The notes under the pieces were generated by a model. It was not told the DNA's origin, made no database searches, and worked only from the letters and a program-made list of their open reading frames with translations. DNA of 64,000 nt from assembly GCA_964016885.1 (NCBI GenBank), contig OZ024741.1:378386001-378450000 (forward strand), written 5' to 3'. The stretch is from Eledone cirrhosa (taxonomy: Eukaryota). Below, in pieces: positions 1 to 13,733 of the stretch; within the stretch, counting starts at the first letter, position 1, and each line of letters begins with the position of its first letter. A program made the translations under genes and the position numbers.

Positions 1-280
1 TGGTTGTTGCTGTGATGATGTATAAGACGAATATCGATTTCATGGTTGCAGCTTGATATTCAGGAATACACTTTTAACAAATCACAATGTTCAGATAACA
101 ATGTAAAAGCCAGAGAACTGCACAAGATACTCCAAACTGCAATCTAATCAAAACATTCAGAAAATTATTAATATTGACTAAGCTTGAGGGAGTTTATATT
201 ATAGATCCAATTCTAAAGTTTGTGCGAAGATGCTTCATATCTGAAAAACACATTTCACTATAAATGACGATAATAATAAT
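1..280 (+). mobile_element. Possible 3' tail of an R4/Dong-type non-LTR element ending in (AAT)n
   Basis: Highly decayed; weak resemblance to the C-terminal 'GTAxILR' region of the R4 fragments elsewhere in the window, followed by an (AAT)n tail. Confidence 0.25.
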
Positions 281-287
281 AATATAT

Positions 288-535
288 ATATATAAAACTG
301 AGGATATCTGTTTGTGTGTGTGTGTGCGTTTGAATCCCTAAAACTCGAGAAGCACCCGACCGACTGTTTTCAAACTTTACACATGTAATACTATGTTTCA
401 GGGAGTGTTCTGAGCAAAGAAATGTCAACATTTCAATGCCTTAGGGACTGCATTAGGCGATTTAGCGATCTCTCTCTATAATGCTTAGTCTTTCTATTTT
501 TACATAGATACATACATATAACGTCGCGCCCTTAT
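288..535 (+). mobile_element. Non-autonomous Helitron/HINE-like repeat, copy 1
   Basis: TATATAAAA start, (GT)n tract, then AACTCGAGAA..CCGA..TTTCAAACTTT.ACATGT motif typical of non-autonomous rolling-circle elements; closely similar to 1128-1390. Confidence 0.5.
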
Positions 536-1127
536 ATCTGTCTGTATATCTGACTGTCTGCATTACGTCACTTCACACAATTCCCTCTGCGTACAGAACA
601 CGCCCTTATAATATATCTCTGTATGTCTGGCTGTCTGCATTAGGTCACTTCCCCAAATTCCCTCTGGGTGCAGATTTTCCATTTACGGCCCACTGCCTCC
701 GGTTATTATTCTACCCTTGCTCAAGACAAATCTCACACTCATTCCCCAAACAGTTGGTAAGTGCACACAACTTCTTCCTCACATTTTAAGCCACAGTGTT
801 GCTTACTTACATACAACTAAACCCTTACTTCTTTGCCAGCCGTGGTTGTGGCAATTCTAAGCTTAGCTAAGACAGTTATATATTTCACACAACACTAAAA
901 ATGAAAGCCGGTAACTATGTATTAGTCAGTCTCTTCTTCATATCGTGGGCAAAGAAAATCCAACTTTTAATGGAGCGAGTGAAATAAAGTCGATCCTGCT
1001 GCGATTAAAAAATCAGGTTTGCAGGTTATATATTTCATACAGCACTAAAAATTAAAGGCGGTAAAGAAAAACATCGCTATAATAGCTTCAGTTTTCACAG
1101 TGTTGCTTACTTACATGCCTTTACGAG

Positions 1128-1390
1128 AAAACTGAGGATGGCTGACTGAGTGTGTGTGTGTGTGTGCGTGTGTGTGTGTTTGAGAATTTGAATCCTAAGA
1201 CTCGAGAAGCACCCAACCGAATGTTTTCAAACCTTTCACATGTAATACTTATGTTTCAGGGATTGTTCTGAGCAAAAGGAATTTGAAATGTTCAATGCCC
1301 TAGGGCGATTTAGCGACCTCTCTCTATAATTATTACTCTTTCACTTTTTACATAGATACATACATATAACGTCGCGCCTTTATAATATTT
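1128..1390 (+). mobile_element. Non-autonomous Helitron/HINE-like repeat, copy 2
   Basis: Direct repeat of 288-535 (aaaactgaggat..gtgtgt..ctcgagaagcacc..acatagatacatacatataacgtcgcgcc). Confidence 0.5.
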
Positions 1391-1590
1391 TCTTTACATA
1401 TTGGCCAGCCATGAGTTTTTTCCACGATTAGGTCTATTGGGGGCCCGCGTTTTGTTTCAGGGAGTGTTATGCTCATAAACAATTCAACTTTTTGATCTCC
1501 TAGGGCCCGCATTACGTAAAAGACTGCGTTTTTTCAGATTTTGGGGGGTATTTGAGGAGTTACGTCAGACAGATTTTCTTGAAATTGTAA

Positions 1591-4560
1591 CTATGTATTA
1601 GTCAGTCTTTCAACAAACTTCATAGAAGATAGCGCTTGCCTTTGCACCCTGATTTTCCTCTTCAAGTGAGACTTGAACAAGTTAATTAGTGATTCGCCGA
1701 AGAGGAAAGTATCTGTCTTTAACCATTTTAACCTTGTCCACCACACAATATCTTTCGCCATGGCCACCAGGCAGATGAAAACCGCCTTCCCTTCCTCCTT
1801 GAAGGAAGACGGCGAGACCATCTGCACAATGGACTCAGTCGATAACCGAATCAGTCCTGAACGCCACAGCAACTGTTCGACATACTTCCACAAGTCAGCA
1901 ATGCTCGGACACTGAACGAGTGCGTGCACGACTGTTTCGTCGCTCTGCGAGCATCTCGCACAGGCTCGGCTGACGGCACTTCCGTGCCTGTAGAGCTTAT
2001 CTCGAACCGGCAACGCTCCCCGGTAGCACTGCTGGCCAGGGATTTTTGGAAGTTATCCATAGGCCCTGGGCTGAAAGTTTTCCGGAAGAGAGCAAACAGT
2101 TGATCTTCTTCGACGCCCAGGATCTCTCCGAGAACGTCGTCGCTCTTCCCCTCCAATAGTTCTGTATAGAACGCCGAGGTGGAAGTTCCACCGATGCTGG
2201 TGCCCAGCTGGCAGAGGGCAGTGAGCGCCTGGAGACATTCCAGTTTCCAAGCGCTATCCCTCGGTACTTTCCTGACCCAGGACTGCAGCTCCGTCAAGGA
2301 GACGATCTGTGGGAAAACGTGTCTGGCAAACGGCGACCACACCTGTTCACCATCAAGGAAGCACCAGATATGTCACAGCCTCAGCGCATGTTTGCTCATC
2401 ATCAGCCATGGCATGCCCAGTCCCCCACACAACGGGTGTTGACAGCAGATAGATCGTCTGACCATGGAAGCGCGTCCCTTCCACAAAAAGCGGAAGAGGA
2501 GGCGTTCCATTCTGGTGAGAGTTGGGCCGGGGCAAGGGACGACGGGGAGGCGGTAGCAGATGACGGATGCATTGTACGCATTCGGCACCTCCGCCCAGCC
2601 TTTCAGGGACAGCTTCCTCTCAGCCCATTTCTGGGTGGGGAAGGCCACCTTGCTCGTCACCTCACTCCAGTTTTTCTCCATCTGTAGGTCCCATCCGAAC
2701 CAGACCCCGAGCAATTTGAACGGTCCGTCCGACCAAAGCCCCACGATGCTACCGCACGGCATGGACTTGCCTCTCCAGGTGCCGTGCAGCAACCCCACCG
2801 ACTTTTCTTGGTGTATCATTGCTCTTGTTACCGCTTCGTATATCTTGAGAGTGGTGCCGAGCATCTGGACATGTCCCGATGGTCGACCCTATCGAATGCT
2901 TTGGATTGATCCAAGTTGATCAGGGCCCCAGCTTTGCCAGGTTCCTTAACCACACTCTCTATGATGTATCGCATGAGGTGGAGGTTTTCGTGTATGGATC
3001 TGTCCGGAATGGCGCATGTATGTGCCTTTCCCACCAGACCCTTGACGACAAACGCCACCCTTGTTGCTAACACATTGGCCAGAATCTTGAACTCTGCGTT
3101 TAGCAGGGTTATGTGCCTGAAGTTATCGATAACATCTCCCTTGTTCGGGTCTTTTTTCAGCAGCGCCACCGGTCCCCGGCTCACAGAACTGGAAATGCTC
3201 CCGTCCTGCTGCCAGTCGCAGTAGACGCCTGCCAAGAAGTCACTGAACATAAATGCATACAGCTCGTATGGCAGACCATCGTGACCTGGCGATTTACCCC
3301 TCGTGCAATTATCAATTGCTTCCCGTATTTCACCGGCTGTTATTGGCGTTTCGCAACACTGTGCTGCGGTCGTCGATGCCGAGGCAGTCCGTCGATGTAT
3401 GCACTGATGTTAATACCCGATCCGTCCCGCCGCTGCTCCCGAACAATGCAGCAAAGTGCTGCTGAAAAGCTTCACGCATCAGTTCTGGTTACCATGTGTC
3501 TTGCGACCGCCATCTCCTCTGTGATCGTGAATGTTTCTACGTTGCGAGTTATTTTTACAGAAGAGATGGTCTCTTTTTCAGTGGCGTCATTGTTGCCAAC
3601 GCTACTGCTGCTACTGGTCTTGTTGTTGGTGGTGCCTTTGTCGTTGTTGCAACTGCTACAAACTGTGTTGTTGGTTTTGCTACTGCTGCCGCCGCTACTA
3701 CTACCACGGGTGTTATTTTTTAATACTGCCGCTGCTGCTGCTATCTCCCTTGCTGTTATATGTATCAGCAGCAGCCACTTCAAGACTGTCATTGGGTGAG
3801 GGAGAAAGAGTGACATTCGCGTGACTTTTACTATTTGGTGAAGAAGACGAAAAGGAAAGAGAGACTGTTGCCAGTTTATTTGATGTCAAATGTATCAAAT
3901 GTATCAGTAGTAGCCGCTTCCCGACTGTTACTTGATGGAGGAGAGAGGGGAGTGGAATTCGCGTGACTAAGGGACGTTGAAGAAGACAAAAAGGAAAGCG
4001 AGACACCACGCCGACAGCTGCACGAAGAAAAAGAATTTTGAGATGGATATTTGCCGCTGCTGCTGCTGCTATCTCCCTTGTTGTTATATATATCAGCAAC
4101 AGCCGCTTCAAGACTGCCATTGGGTGAAAAAGAAAGATAGGCATTCCTCAGACTTTTACTATTTGGTGAAGATGAAGAAAAGGAAAGAGAGTCTGTTGCT
4201 AGTTTCTTTGATGTCAAATGTATCAAATGTATCAGTAGTAGCGCTTCACAACTGTTACTTGATGGAGGAAAGAGGGGAGTGACATTCGCTTGACTATGGG
4301 ACGGTGAAGAAGACAAAAAGGAAAGCGAGACTCCACGCCGACAGCTGCACGAAGAAAAAGAAGGTTGAGAAGGATATCTTGCTGAAAGGGTAATATTTTA
4401 GTGAATACACGGTATGGAATTGGATTTTTTGAATGACGCCATTTTTCTTTTTGGCGGGGCGTATTTGCTAGATGCAAAGTTAAAATTGGGATTTAGCCCA
4501 GAAGTGCTAAAGACCGATTAATTTCGACCACTTCAAAAGAAGTGGGGTCTGTTTACACAC
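1591..4560 (-). mobile_element. Tx1/L1-clade LINE, internally deleted and frameshifted
   Basis: ORF fragments FRHITLLNAEFKILA, INLDQSKAFDRVDH, KLLGVWFG, GGLGMP, CARC..ETVVHALVQC; at ~3475 the RT joins directly to a Ser/Asn-rich ORF1 N-terminal region. Confidence 0.9.
3728..4380. repeat. Tandem duplication of a ~325 bp unit in the LINE 5'/ORF1 region
   Basis: gccgctgctgctgctatctccctt...gaagaaaaagaa..ttgaga.ggatat occurs at 3728-4051 and 4053-4380. Confidence 0.9.
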
Positions 4561-4744
4561 AACACACATTTTCCCTGCGATGTGTACACTTCCACGATGG
4601 GACGTATTTGCTTAATGCAAAGTTCTAATGGTTTCTGATTTAGGCACAAGGCCATTAATTTGGGAAGATGTAACTCTCTGCCACAAAGCAGTGTGTCTGC
4701 TCTCTACCAATTGTGCCAATCCACCGCTCTAATAATAATAATAA

Positions 4745-4910
4745 TTGTTTCTACTTTTGGCACAAGGCCAGCAATTATACCAGTGTATTACTGGTGCGCT
4801 ATTTTATCGATCCCATAAGGATGAATGGCAAAGTTAACTTCGGCGGAATTTGAACTCAGACCGTAAAGGAGCTGTGACACTATGCTGTAAACATAGCGTC
4901 GAATCCTCTA
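4745..4910 (-). mobile_element. Nin-domain SINE copy
   Basis: Reverse complement of gagttcaaattccgccgaagttaactttgccattcatccttatgggatcgataaaat...ggccttgtgccaaaagtagaaacaattattatt; same family as 16957 and 24103. Confidence 0.8.
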
Positions 4911-4934
4911 CCGTGACTGCCGCCCTAATGGAGA

Positions 4935-5458
4935 AAGTGTATGTATGGAATATTACCAGTCTGTGTACACCTGTAACTCAGAAAGAATATACGAGATGTC
5001 ATTACAACATTGGATGTTTAGTCCATTGGTTACTTTGTGGCAAATATGCTCTTGACAGAGCAGAAAATCGGTATGAACATAACCCTGTGGGCATTATCGA
5101 AATTATTATGGAAAGATCCCGTGGTACTCTGTGGTAGAATGCGACCATGGAACTGGACATAGGAGACCAGGTAGTGTACTCATTGGGAAAGAAAGGAAAC
5201 TGTTGGCTCATATATATAGCTTCTCCAGCTGATAACAAGGTATGTAATAAAGAAGGAAAAATGCGATAGATATGACAGGTTAGCTTGGGAGATTAAGCAC
5301 TTGATGTCATTTAAAAAAATCTGGTGCTAATACAAATAGCAGTCTTGTGTACAGTGACTAGAGATCTTGAGATGTGTATCAAACAAATAGGGACTGCAAT
5401 AAGGACGGGATACTTATAAAAACAGCATTGTTTGGAGCAGCTCGAATACGCCGGAAGG

Positions 5459-5462
<4 letters not shown>
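4935..5462 (+). mobile_element. R4/Dong-type (RLE) non-LTR retrotransposon, 3' fragment
   Basis: KEYTRCHYNIG..VHWLLC...YEHNP (RHD/RHN and WYEHxP motifs) and terminal KTALFGAARIRRKVL; homologous to 22485-23051. Confidence 0.75.
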
Positions 5463-5509
<47 letters not shown>

Positions 5510-5512
<3 letters not shown>

Positions 5513-6560
5513 GAGAGGGGGGTGAAAAAGAGGAGGAGATGAGAGTAAATAATGGAGGGGGGGAGTATAATAAGGAAGGATGAGATAGGAGGAGATGCGT
5601 GATAGAGAGAGAGAGATAGATTTGATAACTGAGAAAAATATATTATTTTACATAGAGAGGTTAAAAAACCGTTGGAAGATAATATATAAATTAAAAGAAT
5701 TTGAAAATTAACGAAGAGAAAAATTTAAGAATAATGTTAAATTAAGGTTTGTATATTGAAGGGTTTAATAATAGGTGCGATGAAAATAAATTGTTAATAT
5801 GTATTAAGAATAATATTTAAGGGTTTAATAATATGTGCGATGGAAAGAAATTGTTGATATGTATTATTAAAAATATAAAAATATAACAATAGTAATGTAA
5901 TTAAGGATATATTGTGAAAAGAAGTAGAAGAGTGGATGAATGGATGAATATGTGTAATATGTATAAGTTAGATGAGCATAAAAGGGAGAAAACATAATGA
6001 ATTGAGGATTAATAATCTAACGTCCAAAAAATGTTTGTTTACGAAGGATTTTTCAAGGTGATATTATAGAGTATTTAAAAGAGTAAGGATATATTGTGGT
6101 GAGTAATAATGAGAATTGAGAAGTATCTAGGAAGAAAAGGTCCAGATTAGAGGTTAGAAATTAAAAGAAAAAAGAAAAAAAGAAAAAAAAAGAAAGAAAG
6201 GGAAGTGATAATTAGGAGTGATATAGAATGAGTAACTAGTATTATATAATGTATAATAAATAACATTAAAATAAGGTAGAAAGATGGGTATATTTTTAAA
6301 GAAATATATATGTATATATATATATATGTGCCTTTGAGAAAAGGATTTTAAAATGGTAAAGTATTAGATATTAGCTGTATACTTTATGGAATGTTCTGTG
6401 GAATGTATGCAAGCAGAGAGAAAACAAGTTAGTGCGTCTATTTATTGTAGAATCTAAATTAGATATAATCGTAAATGTCTCACATAAACAGAGATTACAT
6501 GTCTTGGATAGAGAAGCATTCAATATGAAGAAGCAGAACAAACGTTCCTCCAAGAGATGT
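5510..6560 (-). mobile_element. Penelope-like (Naiad-type) element, decayed C-terminus plus probable 3' UTR
   Basis: ORF 6371-6553 TCNLCLCETFTIISNLDSTINRRTNLFSLCLH aligns with FCKLCNLEIYYIITHKKKLLNNRIERTLFCRH of the intact 773-aa ORF; UTR extent is inferred. Confidence 0.6.
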
Positions 6561-6629
6561 TATAGTTAATATTTTTGTCTTTCAAGGACCATATGAGTTC
6601 TGAGAGTGCCCTGTTGGTTCTTTTTTTAC

Positions 6630-6919
6630 CCCAATATCACACATCAATCTAAAACTACTTTTCATATGTTGATTTAAAACTGCACTATTCACAAGTGTTT
6701 TTTTAACCTTCATATCATGTCTCCCTATTTTATCTGACGAAAACGCAAATGTCATCGCATGATGATATTTGTTTTTGAAATGCGCATAATAAAATACATG
6801 GGACTCTTTTAGCCATCTTTTGATCTTATATATTATTTATACTCCAGTCCTACAAACTGTAGAGTACTACTTATTCGATATCTGCTTTGCTTTATTGTAC
6901 TACAATAAAACTCACCTCC

Positions 6920-6922
<3 letters not shown>
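6630..6922 (+). repeat. Hammerhead-bearing repeat (PLE terminal-repeat-like), copy 1
   Basis: Homologous to 29118-29380 and to the inverted copy at 28903-29103; ends at (TA)n. Confidence 0.85.
6728..6794 (+). ncRNA. Type I hammerhead ribozyme
   Basis: TTTTAT-CTGACGA-stem II (GCAAATGTCATC/GATGATATTTGT)-GAAA-TGCGCA-TA-ATAAAA. Confidence 0.85.
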
Positions 6923-6969
<47 letters not shown>

Positions 6970-7084
6970 CAAATATTTATAAATTTATAAATAAATATTT
7001 GCTCTACGGTTCTTATATATCCGATATATATTTATCGTTATCGAGCCCTCTTTGGATTTTAGTCTTCACATTTATTATTATTAC

Positions 7085-7149
<65 letters not shown>

Positions 7150-7285
7150 GTGTGTGTGTGTGTTAAATGGCAGCTATGATGCTTCCATAGGCGGTATGCC
7201 AGTTGAGCACTCTATGCTCTTACAGAGCAGAGTATGATATAATATAAAACGAAAAATCAGTGATGCATCTGGACTCAAATTATTG

Positions 7286-7454
7286 TGTGTTACAATTGTT
7301 TCGCCAGCAGACAGCTTGAGACACGATCATTGTATGCATCTGCCTGATTCCAGAACTGTAGGTTCTTCGGACACTGGCAATAAATTCGGAACAAATTTGT
7401 TCCGAAATTATGATCGTGTCTCGAGCTGTCTGCCGGCGAAACAATTGTAAACAC
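7286..7454. repeat. Inverted repeat with ~45 bp arms
   Basis: gtgttacaattgtttcgccagcagacagcttgagacacgatcat / atgatcgtgtctcgagctgtctgccggcgaaacaattgtaaacac. Confidence 0.9.
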
Positions 7455-7689
7455 TGACTTCAAAATATATTGTTCGAATATAATCAATATTTAATTCTTT
7501 TTCATACATTTTGTATGAAAAAGAATTAAACGTAAAATTGTTTGTGGTAGTGTCTTTCAAGGTTACAGTAGAATTCAGAAATGGGATGTTAATTTAAAAG
7601 TGGTATTTACCTTTAAGAAAATAAGTTACAAGGAGAGTAAATGAAGAGAAAATAAAATATAATTAAATAAAATTAAGAGAGTGGGGGGT

Positions 7690-7945
7690 TTTAAACATTT
7701 TGCACTATCATGTTGTGTTCTGGGATATGGAACATTTTTTCTTGGACCATTTCTATATGTGAATGTTTCAATGTTCGCCATATTTGGTCAAGAGGGCAGA
7801 GAGTAGAGAGAAAAAAAGAACAGATAAGAAAAGCGTGAGCATTAAGAATGGGATAGAATAGAGAAGAAAGTGAAGAATTTAAGAATGTTTTGAAGTCTAT
7901 TGAATTCTTCGTGGGTTTTGTGAAAAGTTCTAATGCCACAGGTTA
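7690..7945 (-). mobile_element. Possible decayed Penelope-like endonuclease C-terminal fragment
   Basis: Frameshifted QIWRTLK...KWSKKK...CKM resembles KAWTLR...KWEKL...CKLC of the intact ORF. Confidence 0.3.
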
Positions 7946-10900
7946 AATGTACTAGATAGGACGTAGTAAATTATAGATATTGGGGACGGCACTTCGTTCT
8001 AATCTACTTAAAATTTAGCGAAGGTTTTCAAATCCTTATGTTTGCAATTAAATACCCGTGAATTTAGTAGGCCCTTTCTGGTCACTATTTCAACCACTAC
8101 TGCCAGATATAATTCAGAAGTGCACCTTCCGTTCCTGTATGGAGGTGTCAAAACATATCTCATCACCAACCATTGTAGTGCGTGTTCAATATTGGTACAT
8201 TTGACGACCCAGATCTTTTACGCAATAGCCGTGGATCTAGCAAAACTGGTGTATCTGAATGTGTGGGTGCGCACATATCCTTTCTTCTTGAATATAATCG
8301 AAATGGCAACGACATACTTAGATATTCCCAGTTTCGGTTTTGTCCACAATTTGGAAAAGGATTTCACGTGTCTGTATCATAGTTGTACGATCATAGTTGT
8401 ACGTGATTTTCTCATAATTTAGAACAAATTGCAATAGAAGTTTAACAAATAAAATTATAGAAATATTTTTCTGAATGCATTTATAGGGCCGTAGTATTTA
8501 GCCGAAACTGTTAAGTACATGATTCTTCAACCCCGTTTCAGTTGTAATATGATATTTTCAATATTAGCAATTTCTCAAGACGATCGTCTGATACATTAGG
8601 AAGTTATGGTTGTACGTTCTTGAAATCAAACGATCCAAACCATCTCAAAATGATCTCAAATAATAAATAATGTAAAACAATGCAGGCAATGCAAGTATAA
8701 TATAAATATAGCTAATAGGGTTATCACTTAGAAATTCGAAACAGAGTTCTCAAACTTCAGCTAAAATCGTATAAAATCTGTTTGTCTGAACAATATGTTC
8801 CAAAGGCGTTTACTGATTTGATATTTATTTCGTTGTTTTCTTTCAGAATAACTGATGATATTAACTTCTAATTACGTTATAATACTTTTATTATTACGTA
8901 TGGGTACTTTGGGAGGAACTATCTCTGACTTTCTATGTAACTTGATACTGTCTCAACATATTGTTTGCATTTCTACTACATAAAGGGATTAAGTTTGGTA
9001 GGACCTTTGCTATTGAAAGTAAAACGTCACGTACTTGGCAATGGTAATAGATAGGGATATTCAAGAAAAGCAATAGGAAGCTTTCAGCACGTGCTGTTTC
9101 TTTTTAACATTGTATATTGGTTCATGAATATTAATGCGCCAAATGCAAGACAACAACTTCTTCACATATCGCTATGGAATTACAAAATAGAAAGAAATGC
9201 CACACCAACACATGTCAAGCGTGATCTGGCATTCCCATTGTGAATATAATATTCTGATAGACGATGAAAATTGTATTGGTTCCATTCTACGTTTACATGG
9301 TGTTCGGCAACGGAAATTATATTTGTACACACAAGAATAGTACCAAAACTGATAGAATCTTCTGCGTAATTGGTAATGGGAATTGTGATAATAATTCCAT
9401 TAGCTAGTTACGATTTTCTCCAAAGAACATATAATTCGATTTCTCACGAATAGAAATGGAAGTAAATGTAAGTGTGAAGGTGCCATGTTGTGTTTACGTT
9501 TAGACACTATATGATTATAATGATTTCTTCAAACAAATTTGGTTTTGGTATATCGGAGGATAGTGAACGAATCTTACTGTAACTCAGTCCCACACGCCTA
9601 GACTTTCCAGCTTTAATATTTGTTTAACCTCTAGCCCTAAAGTGTTCTGAAGCCTCATGATATTCTGATCCAGAGGTCTCTCTAAACCAAGCTATGTCAT
9701 TTGATAGAGAAGAGTAAGCAAATTTATTTTGACTCCCGTTTTATTTCTGCCACTTTCAACATACCAGACATGATACTAAATGTTATTTAAAATCTTTAGC
9801 CTTCATTAATTTCATCCTCTGTATCTCTATTCTTCCCTTTGACAAGCAATACAATTGTGTTGAGTGTTGGATTTATCACTTATGTTTTTATTTTATGTCA
9901 CACACTAGATGTTATTAACCATTTATAGATTGGTAAAACACGTTGGCGTTTACGTAACGCGAGCAAATATTTGGACCAATGATAGGTTTAGATATTTCTG
10001 GATTTTGGTCTGAGAAAATACACTGTACTTTTGTGGCTGTTCTTTCGAAATTAAACTGACCATAACTTTTTAAAAAAATATAATCACAGTGTGCATCTAT
10101 GCTATAAAACGTAATGAGATTCTACCTATACGTATCAATGAATCGTTTATAGATCCAAGTGTTCCCAACAAAAAATCAAAGCCCAGTGATATCCGAAGCA
10201 ATCAGTACCGATTGGGCACAAGTGTAGTGTTTGTGGACTGGCAGAACTGTGGTGGCCATATAGACACAGATATGTAACATATCTAATTCCTATAGATTGG
10301 AGTAATCGTATGGACCATATATCTTCTAGTAATTCTCTATTTACTCTATATCTCGTTATACAATTAAAAATCCTTTCTAAATTGACGCAAGACCAACATT
10401 TACACAACCAACAGTAAACATCATTTATAGGATGACAACCTTCATATCTATTTCAACAAGGAATAATCTACCCTATGCAGACAATATATATTCTGCCATC
10501 TATTAAACATTGGACAAGGCCGTATGAACTATGTTACATTACATTTATTTATGGAAAATAACATTTGCTTTATTTAACTGCTAGATTAGTCTGTGGATTT
10601 ACAATCTTTACACAAAATGTTAAGGTTACCAGTTGCTACATTTTTCAAAGTGAAAATGACCGAGGCAAAATACTATTGACATAGTGCTATGCCTGTTTAT
10701 TAGGGAGATACCTAGGTTTTCTACTTTGTTGTTTCTGCTGTCAATAATCGTCAAGCAAATGCCTCTGGTTCATCTTTGTATTGTCAGTTTAATTGATATT
10801 GTTTGGGGGCTACAATTATATAGACATTTCCACGTAGGAAAAAGCAAATATTTCTGCAGATTTCCTTTTAAATTTCTATTCCATCGCAAAAAAGTTCCGG

Positions 10901-11359
10901 GGACAACATGGATAAACCTTTTTATTTGTTTTCTCCCTTAATGATGGTTGGGAACATGTGTTCGGGGGAACATTTATATCATCTTGCTCAGAAAAATATA
11001 CATCATAACAGTAGATATGCTATACAATAAATATCTTTTTGGCTAACTTTACGATATATTTAATCTATTCCCTATGACTAGTATCTGTAGACGAGGCACC
11101 CCTATAATCTTCAATTGTGTGCCAGAAATTTACCGTTTAAGTAAATTCTTATTCTAGCCCCATCTCTTATTTTTTCAGATTTGGATATTTTCAGAGGTTT
11201 TTTACTCGATTGTTTCAACCTCGTTTATTGTAACGGAACCGTTCAAATATAACTCCTTAAATGGTTTCCTTTTAATATTTCAGTGTCTATGTAAATATTA
11301 ATTCTCCGTTATAGTCGTTGATGATATGCAATAATTTATACACTCAAAATATCTATCAT

Positions 11360-11495
11360 TAGATTCACCGAGGTTAACTTTCCTTTTTATCATTACGGTG
11401 TCGATAAAATAAAGTATCAGTGGGGTCGATTTAATCGACGTTCCGCTCCCTCCTCAATAGGACATTGCTGTCCTTCTTCCTGAATCAGAAGCCGT
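11360..11495 (+). mobile_element. Nin-domain SINE fragment
   Basis: ccgaggttaactttcctttttatcattacggtgtcgataaaataaagtatcag..ggggtcgatttaatcgac. Confidence 0.7.
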
Positions 11496-13733
11496 TATAT
11501 TTACTGCCACTAAAAGTGGAAGTCACAAACATATATGCGCAACAATCTTCCACGACTTCACCTTGAAAATACTGAACCTCGCAAAAGAAACGAATAACGT
11601 GCTTCCAATTTCACTAAAGTCTGATTTTGTTTAGGTGATTTGTAAATAATCAATTCCGTGATATACTAAAACAAAACGAAATAAATAAATGTATTAATAC
11701 GAGAAAATATAACAAGCAAACAAGCTGAGGTCGTCTTTATCTTCAGTGATGAATGATAACTTCAGTGTAATCTTAAAAAGAAAAATAGTATTAAAAAATT
11801 GTAAATATTTAAAAAAAAAAGGTTGTGGTCTATAGTTTGGAAATCATTACATAATTATATAATGGCGAGCATGTATTTGTTTTGCAAGAATTATTTTCGT
11901 CAATCAAACATAAAATTGATTGCTCTCTAAGTTATTTATACACAGAAGCGAAAACCAAACAAAACCATGAGGGTATTTTCATATTTTTAACAATATTGTT
12001 ACAACTTGACTCTCCACAAATTTAACAATTATGTAATTATATAATTTCATATTATGTTTTTCCGAATTGACAAAATGATATACAATTAAGTGTTGACATA
12101 TGAGACGTTAGGGGCTTCAGAATGTGCCTTGTTATAGAACGATGGACACCTAAGTCTAGCACTGCTGAAACAGAAATGAGATAACTAAATATGATAAATA
12201 AATGCAATAAGGCATTTGTAAAAGCATTGTTTTGCACCCTATCACAATTGAATACAACATTTTTAGCTTACTCAAAACGAAAATAAATATATTTAGTAAG
12301 AATTGTTGATTAATTTCCTTACTGTATTTTACAACTTTATTTTTATGGACAGCGGTTGAAGATAATATCTGGGATATTTCAATCAAGAATAGAAAGATAT
12401 TTCCTGAACACTTTGAGGTATTTGGCGACATTACATTCTAACGCAACATATTATGATAGATATTCCACAAATATGGCAATACAACTCATGTATAGTTAAA
12501 CAATAGATTGCTATAAAATAAAATATTGAAGAGCAGCTACATTATCTCTACATAACTTATTACCAGAAACTTCACATTATATTGCCTGTGGCAGAATAAT
12601 TCACTTTCCAAACACCTTCGTCTCGCAGACATAAAAGTTACTTCAAAAAATGCTGTTGATGTTGCTTCAATTGCAGTGTGTTATTATTGTTCCTCATACA
12701 GTTGTTGTTTAATAAAAATTGTACCCCAGTGTGCCTAAGTGTAAATAAAAACATTACAGCATTGTTCATATTTTCGTCTAGTTAATTCCGGCTGTATCAT
12801 AAATTGTGCCTCTTTGTATTATAGATAATTGATGAAAACTTTCATTGATATTTCAAACAGGTTGACATATTGTTTTTTTTTAATGACTCGTTATGATTGC
12901 CTTGCTATTCCATCAAGCTGACAATATTCACTGAAGTGTCTCGTATCATATAAGTCTTAATAGTTGTATATAATCATGACGTTTGAAAAAGTTTTTCAAA
13001 TATTATGTGGGTATATTCTTGAATAAATTTGACAGAGAAATATAAAGGTGAATTTATAAAGAAATTAACATCGAAAGATATTTAGCAAAGAGGAAAATAT
13101 CACCAGTATGTCAGTTCAGTTTTGAAAGAATAAACCAAATATAAATTAATGTAAGACAGTTCATGTCATACAAAACATGAAAGCACCATTTATAAACGTT
13201 GACTAAAAGATATGTATAGTCTTCACAATTTTCAATTGAATATAGACAGTTAATTCAACAACATTGAAATGAATTAAAACATTTAAACAATAATAATATT
13301 GAGAAAATCAAGATTTGAGCTATTTTATCTAAACTTAGGTGGTCAACCTGTGTACAAAAATGATTATCATCTCTTGAACATTCTCGAATTTGGAGAGCTT
13401 TGGACGCAACTAATCACACGTTTCGATCTTGAAAGTAGGAAATTGAAATAAAACCTTAAATATATATAACAAGCTTGCAGAGAAACGAATCTAAATACAG
13501 TATGTCGTATCCTCCAGCCATCTTCTAATATTGCTTTTAGACTAGCTGAAAAATAAAATGTTTTTGAAGGTGTGGATACAAATATTCTGGTATTTTGGCA
13601 GTACCATATTTACCATATATTTGCAGACGATTCTCAAACACTTTGAACTAATGCCTGCTATATTCTTATCTGTAAATGACCACACAACTATGGAATTGAA
13701 ATAAATGCATTGACCTATATCATCGACTTCTGA

